DNA from: Eledone cirrhosa
Taxonomy: Eukaryota
Reading direction: 5' to 3'
Assembly: GCA_964016885.1 (NCBI GenBank)
Contig: OZ024760.1
Location: 14,198,001-14,262,000 of the forward strand
Length of the DNA: 64,000 bases
The first letter of the stretch is position 1. Each line of letters opens with the position of its first letter. The notes beneath the pieces were generated by a model. The model was not told where the DNA came from, searched no databases, and worked only from the letters and a program-made list of their open reading frames with translations. A program made the position numbers and the translations under genes. This document shows positions 57,525 to 64,000 of the stretch, in pieces.

Positions 57525-59950
57525 AAGAGGGGACTCTATGCCACATAGCATGGTGTCTGATACTCTACTGATTCTGCCAATTAATAATAATAATAATGGT
57601 TTCTTATATAGGCACAAGGCCAGCAATTTTTGGAGGGGAGGGGAATGTCGATTAAATCAACCCCAGTGCATTACTGGTGCTTTATTTTATCGACACCGTA
57701 AGGGTGAAAGGCAAAGTTAACCTCGGCAGGATTTGAATTCAGACTGCAAAAGGACATAACTCTATGCCACAAAGCATGGTGTCTGACGCTCTACTGCTTC
57801 TGCCAATCAATACTACTAATAATAATAATCAAAAGAAGGACTTTTTCTTTCTAACAGCAGTGATAGTGCTAGCCACAGTATTGATAGAATATTGTCTTTC
57901 TCATAAAAGGAATAACCAAAAATAACCAAACAGACTTACCCAACAGCCCCCCACCACACAAAAAATACTTTCTCTTCCCCTTCCCCTATCACTTCTCCCA
58001 CCTCAGTGTTAACTTTAAACAGAAATTGTTAATCAATAAAGCTTTGGTTGGAAAAATCCAGAAAGTTCTTTTGTATTTCTTTTCCTCGGCATCAAAGACG
58101 AGAGAAGAAACACAAATAAACAAATATATGAATAAATAAATATAATAAATAAATATAATAAATAAATATAATAAATAAATATATATAATAAATATAATAA
58201 ATGAATATATATAATAAAAATAAATATAATAAAAATAAATAAACAAAATAAAAATAAATAAAAAATAGATAAAAATAAATAATAAATAAATATAAAATAA
58301 ATAAAAAAATAAATAAAAAATAAATATAAAATATATATAAAATAGATATAAAATAAATATAAAATATAAATAAAAATAAATAAAAATAAATATAAAATAA
58401 ATGCAAATATAACATAAATATTGAAAAAACTTATTGAATAAATAAATAAGTTCTGAATATATATTAATTTTAGTTTTCAGTATATTTTTTTTAAATATAT
58501 ATATTTATTTATTTATTTATTTGATGCCCAAGTTTTGATTTTATTTTTCCTATTTTCATTTATTCATTTGGAAAGGAAGATGAGGGTGGAGAGAGAGATG
58601 CTGCCTCACCCCCACCCCGGTACATTTGCTCAAAGGTGGGTGACTGGCACCAATGGCCAGTGTGAATGGGCCTACTCTGAGCATGCGCCTGTACGCTCGT
58701 TAATTTAAGGAGGAGAGGGGTGCCCTTCATGGGTGCCCTTGAAGCGCAGGGATGTTCAGGATGGGTGGGGTACCTGAGTCAACCCTGGATGGTTATTGCC
58801 CCTATTGGGGAAGTGTATTTTTCTTGTTATTTTGTTAGTTATTTACATTTTTACTCGATTTTTGTGTACCCCCCCCCCCCCCCCCACCGTCCCTGTCTTT
58901 GTATTGTCCCCTACATATCAGCCCTTGTGGCCAATAAATGAAACAATTATTATTATTAGCCCTTTAGGGCAGTGGATTGGCAATATTGGTAGAGCGTCAG
59001 ACACCTTGCTTTGCAGCATTGAGTTATGGCCCTTTACGTTCTGAGTTCAAATCCCGCTAAGGTTAACTTTACCTTTCATCCTATGGGCGTTGATAAAATA
59101 AAGTATCAGTAATGTACTGAGGTAATTGCTGTCCTTGTGCCAAAAGTAGAAACAATTATTAGCCCTTTATCTTTACAGGGTCATTAAAATAAAGCAACAG
59201 TAATGCACTGGGATCAATTTAATCGACTTTCTCCTCCCCCCCAAATTGCTGGCCTTGTTCCTATAGTAAAAACAATTATTATTTTTATTATTAGCATTTT
59301 TTCGGCTTCTTTCAATTTTTTATGTTCTCTGAGAGTTTGGCTTTCAAAATCTTTTTGTTAACTTTCAATAAAAATAGATAAATAAATAAATAAATAAGTT
59401 TCTTTTTTTTTTTTTTTAATTTAATCTGAAATGACTGAAAGGAGTGAATAAACTGGGTGAAATTTGAGTCATTACATTGATATTTAGAGTGTCTTAAAAC
59501 ACTACAAATAAATGATTTCTAGTATAGGCACAAGGCCAGTAATTTTGGGGGGAGGGGAAAGTCGATTAAATCGACCCCAGTACTTTCCTGGTGCTTTATT
59601 TTATCGATCCCGTAAAGGATGAAAGGCAAAATTAACCACAGCAAGATTTGAACTCAGACCGTAAAGGACCGTAACTCTATGCTGCAAAGCATGGTGTCCG
59701 TCTCTACTGATACTGCCAATCCGTCGCCCTAATACCACAAATAAATGATAACACTAATAATGGTTTTTGGTTTAGGCACAAGGCTAGCAACTTTAAAGGA
59801 GGAGAAAGTTGATTATATCAACCCCAGTGCGTTACTGGTACTTTATTTTATCAACCCCGTAAAGATGAAAGACAAAGTTAACATTGACAGGATTTGAATT
59901 CAGAGCATAGAATCTTGTAACTAAACACCATAAAGCATTTTGTCCAACTT
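57525..59950. mobile_element. Cluster of SINE family A copies (57525-57810 minus, 58966-59280 plus, 59515-59950 minus)
   Basis: Consensus match. The span also contains non-SINE sequence. Confidence 0.8.
58600..58945 (+). mobile_element. Probable LINE 3' end (L1/Tx1-like)
   Basis: Ends gcccttgtggccaataaa. A related tail occurs on the minus strand at 860-890. The clade assignment is tentative. Confidence 0.35.
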
Positions 59951-60237
59951 GAAACCAGAAAGTTAGTTACTAAATCTCTTAAAATTCTTTATTATCATGA
60001 TGGAAGGCTTTTAGATAAATATAAACAAAGTTATACCTGTGCATGTGTGTCATCATCATCATTTCATTTTACGTCCGCTTTTGCCTTGCTTGCAAGGGTG
60101 GGACGGGAACTGATGCTGGCTTGATTTCTACAGCTGGATGCCCTTCCTAACACCAACCTCATTTTACAGTGAGTGCTGGGTGTTATTTTGCCGTGGCACC
60201 TCCACGATCAGTGTGTATATATATATGTGTATATATA

Positions 60238-60767
60238 CCGTATATGCCAGCATACAAGCCGATCCGGCGCATAGGTCGACCCCTGAAATTCTGAGGTCTA
60301 ATTCAACTTTAGGATCATATTCACCGGATAAGACGACCCCCCCCCCCAAAAAAAAAATAAGACAGTTGCAGGGAAAATAATTCAAAAAATTTAGTGGTGT
60401 GCTAAAGGCTAAGACACTTCTTCTAAAACACTTCAGTCACAAGTGAGTTTGAACTCACTGAGTAAGCCAAACTAGCCTAACCTCAACGAACCTATGGTAA
60501 GCTATCCTATGAGCTAAGGCAAGTCATTGATATTATTATAATCTCTATGTTAAATAGACTTAACAAATATGAGATTCGGTAAGAAATAATTGTGGTGGGC
60601 TGCTAGGGTTAGGGTAAGTGGTGTACAATGAGTGTTAGGCAGGCAGTTTCACTGTTTACTCCTCAGTGGTAAAGGTTCACATTTTATATTCGGCGGACAT
60701 GTCAACCCCTGGTTTTGGAGAGATATTTTTAGGCTGGAAATGTCAACTTGTACGCCGGCATATACAG
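60238..60767 (+). mobile_element. pogo/mariner-like MITE
   Basis: ta|ccgtatatgccagcatacaagccga … tcaacttgtacgccggcatatacag|ta; about 25-bp imperfect TIRs with a TA TSD. Confidence 0.78.
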
Positions 60768-61485
60768 TACATAGAGTACTCTCGAAATTTGTGAACTCCC
60801 TGGTCTTAGCATCACAGACTTTATACATACATATATATCTATATATCTATACAGATATCAGCATGGTATAGCAAGCCACTGGAATAGTTCCTTTATTTTC
60901 CTCGGAAGAAGAGATATTAATTTTGAAATATCAGGACATGAATAAATTAAGGTAAACAAACAAGCCCTGTTTCTTACGATTTAATTATTCTCCGTCTAAA
61001 CCTGCATTGTTGCGGTTTTCAAACTTCGATATATGTATATTATGATGAATTACTGTCTGATGACTGATCTATCCACACCCCATAGAAAATGTTAGAGCTC
61101 AACTGTTGGGCAGTAACTCATTAGAATACCAAAACACTACTTTCTTAAGTAAACAATAGTCAGTCTTGCTAGTCTAAACTGGTCCCTCCCAATCTATCTA
61201 TCTATAATATATAAATATATATATATATAAGATTGGAAATATATAAATATATATATATATCAGATTGGAGGTGGTAAAACCAGTTAGACCTTTACTCACC
61301 AGAATACTCGATACTTGGGGTAGTAGATTGGGTAATATGAAAAAGATTCAGGATCCCGATGGTTGACCTCTGGCTGTTTCAAAAGCTAGATCCGAACTAG
61401 CTGTTGAAACGGCCAGAGCTCAGCTGTCGGGGTCCTGAATTATATATATATCAAGTTTGATATAGAAATGGCTTCTACAGGACTA

Positions 61486-61676
61486 TAATAATAATGGTAA
61501 TGAAAATTATTGTGTACAGTGCTCAGGTGCACTACACCTCATCAAAGGTGCATGTATAGTACAAATAATGTACAAATGTCAGGAACAAGAACAGTGAATG
61601 AGTCATGATATACACACAGCGTGTGTATGGAGGGGGGATATTAGGTGTAGTGTTGGCGAATTTCGGGAAGCATGGA
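61486..61676 (-). mobile_element. CR1 3' fragment (same family as 8056-8345) inserted into an H2 hammerhead
   Basis: Reverse complement matches 8145-8345. The flanks join to give tggcttctacaggac|tagaactgtttcattc. Confidence 0.8.
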
Positions 61677-61719
61677 TAGAACTGTTTCATTCAAAAGAAA
61701 TCATATATGTATGTGTGTG

Positions 61720-61753
<34 letters not shown>

Positions 61754-61791
61754 ATAAAGATGAAATAAAAGATGGTTATAAGAGTTCCATA

Positions 61792-61856
61792 TATTTTATT
61801 ATACGTATTTCGAATACAAAATCATCAAAGATATTATGTTCTCTTCATATAAAATA
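61792..61856 (-). ncRNA. Decayed hammerhead (family H1, C3A)
   Basis: Reverse complement: tattttat ATGAAGA gaacat...gtattc GAAA tacgta TA ataaaata. Confidence 0.6.
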
Positions 61857-61932
61857 AGTGCTAAGTCTACTTATATGTAGACTTAGCACTTTCCTATAAA
61901 CAAGTGCTATTATGCCTCATATCATTGTACCT

Positions 61933-61994
61933 TATTTCATCTGACGAGAACATATCTTTGATGATTTTATATTCAAAATACGTATAATAAAATA
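61933..61994 (+). ncRNA. Decayed hammerhead (family H1, G12A)
   Basis: tatttcat CTGACGA gaacatatc...tatattc AAAA tacgta TA ataaaata. Palindromic TACGTA helix III. Confidence 0.62.
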
Positions 61995-62103
61995 TATAGA
62001 ACTCTTATGACCATCTTTTATATATATACTCCAGTTCTACCAACTGTTGAGTGCTACTTATCTGATATATGCATAGTTTTATTGTTCTACAATATTACTC
62101 ACC

Positions 62104-62170
<67 letters not shown>

Positions 62171-62549
62171 TTTACATAGGCTCAGTTACTTCTATCCTGT
62201 ATGTATACAAATATAACTTTACCATATGCTTTGGCTGTTTAGTGCACAACTTTATATATATATATATAAACATGAAAAAACACAGGTAAACAACACAGAA
62301 AACTTTGCGCCCCTCATCAGCTGCCCAATGTTCCATGGAATGGAGACATAGAGACGTTACTTGGGATAAGGATAAGGAAACCAACCATCACTAAAACTAT
62401 CTCTGTATCTTAAATTATATACTTTCAGTTTGTGTAAAGGTCTTAAAAGATTATTTACCTAGAAGATACAACAACAACAACAACAACAACAAATGCATGA
62501 CACTTTAAGTGCACTTAGAGTGCATGGATTGCTTGATTACACATGCATA

Positions 62550-62605
<56 letters not shown>

Positions 62606-62659
62606 CACACCCACATGTAGGCGTATGTATACATATACAGGGTTAGTACAAATATATCA

Positions 62660-62699
<40 letters not shown>

Positions 62700-62949
62700 A
62701 TTAACTGCAAGATTAAGTTTCCAGGCAGTTAAGTAATGATGTTATTTATAAATCATAATGAAAATATTCTCGGATATACTATAAACCATATAATGTGTGT
62801 GTATACATATGCATATGTATACATGCTCATACACACACACATACACGTATGTATATATGTACATATAAATACATGCTCTTACACACACTTATGTCTATAT
62901 GTACATATATATGTACAATGTGTACCATAAAAAGCAGAATTTAACATTC

Positions 62950-63661
62950 AGGCAGTATCGGTAGAGGGTCGGACGCCATGCTTTAGCGCATAGAGTTACG
63001 GCCCTTTCCATTCAGAGTTCAAATCCCGCCGAGGTTAACTTTGCCTTTCATCCTTACGGGGGTCGATAAAATAAAGTACCAGTAATGCACTGGGTAATTG
63101 CTGGCCTTGTGCCAAAAGTAGTAACAATTATTTATAGTATATATGAGAGAGAAAGAGAAAGTGAGAGTGAGTGTGTATGTATGTGTGTGTATGTGTGTGT
63201 ATGCAGAGGGGTTGTGTGTTAGTGTGAGTTGGTGGTGTGTGGTTGTATGGGAAAGCAATGAGGCTGTGTAGTTGTGTGTGGTGGATAGAAGCATTTTTTT
63301 CTCCAAATAATGTTATTGCAAGTGTGGCTACGCTCCTGAACCTTCAGGTTCTGAGTTCAAATCCCACTAAGGATAGCTTTGCCTTTCATCCTTACATGGT
63401 TGATAACATAAAGTACCAGTAATGCACTGGGATCGATTTAATCGACTTTCCCCTACCTCCAAATTGTTGGTCATTAGAGTGTCCAAAGGATTAGCAATAT
63501 ATGTTTCAGCTCTTTACATTCTGAGTTCAAATCTCCCTGAGATTAACTTTACCTTTCAACCTTACAGGGTTGATAAAATAAAGTACCAGTCATGTACTGG
63601 GGTAGATTTAATCGACTTTCCCCTCCCCCAAAATTGCTGACCTTGTGCTTAAATCAGACAC

Positions 63662-63699
<38 letters not shown>

Positions 63700-64000
63700 G
63701 AGCAATGGGTTGGCAATATCAATAGAGTGTTGGACAACATGCTTTGTGGCATAGAGTTACAACCCATTACATTCTGAGTTCAAATCCTACTGAGGTTAGC
63801 TTTGCCTTTCATGCATACAAGGTTGATAAAATAAAGTACCAGTAACACACTGGGGTTGATTTAATCAACTCTCCCCTACCCATAAAATTGGTGAAATTAT
63901 GGCTAAATCAGAAAGTATTATTATCATTATTATTATTTTTCTTCTTCAAGACTGGTCGATTGGCAGAATCGTTAGAGTGTCAGACCAAATATTTATGTTC
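62950..64000 (+). mobile_element. Head-to-tail array of about 5 SINE family A copies
   Basis: Repeated ttctgagttcaaatcc…ctttcatcc…aagtaccagt units at about 62950, 63345, 63500, 63700 and 63950. Confidence 0.85.

Larger units (their letters stand above)
61752..62107 (+). mobile_element. PLE-like inverted-repeat element, homologous to 51861-52650
   Basis: Inverted arms about 61765-61856 and 61933-62021. Shares the tail atactccagt…actgttgagtgctacttatc…actcacc. (TA)n flanks. Confidence 0.72.

Overview
AT-rich, microsatellite-saturated animal genomic DNA. The SINE and microsatellite content looks like a coleoid cephalopod, probably Octopus; this is an inference, not a database result. Nearly all ORFs in the supplied track are translations of simple repeats. 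The only host protein-coding sequence I can support is a 102-nt first coding exon on the minus strand (20071->19970, MAADPMSPKSPRKGKLINLRVKMLDDNHHIFQVQ|gtaaat). It matches the start of the FERM domain of FARP1/FARP2/Cdep-type RhoGEFs, so most of the window is probably intronic or upstream sequence of that gene. The rest comprises two tRNA-derived SINE families (dozens of copies), piggyBac-, Tc1/pogo- and hAT-like MITEs, 3' fragments of CR1, RTE and R4-like LINEs, and minisatellites. The most striking signal is a dense set of short insertions in (TA)n tracts that carry minimal type-I hammerhead ribozyme (HHR) folds: stem I / CUGANGA / stem II / GAAA-(often palindromic) helix III-UH / stem I'. 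I count about 15 complete or near-complete folds from several unrelated sequence families, plus half-motifs. One carries the U3-A8 core variant. Several sit in long inverted repeats, up to about 440-bp arms. This is the signature of Penelope-like element (PLE) terminal repeats or non-autonomous retrozyme-like elements. Repeat boundaries were read by eye and are approximate.
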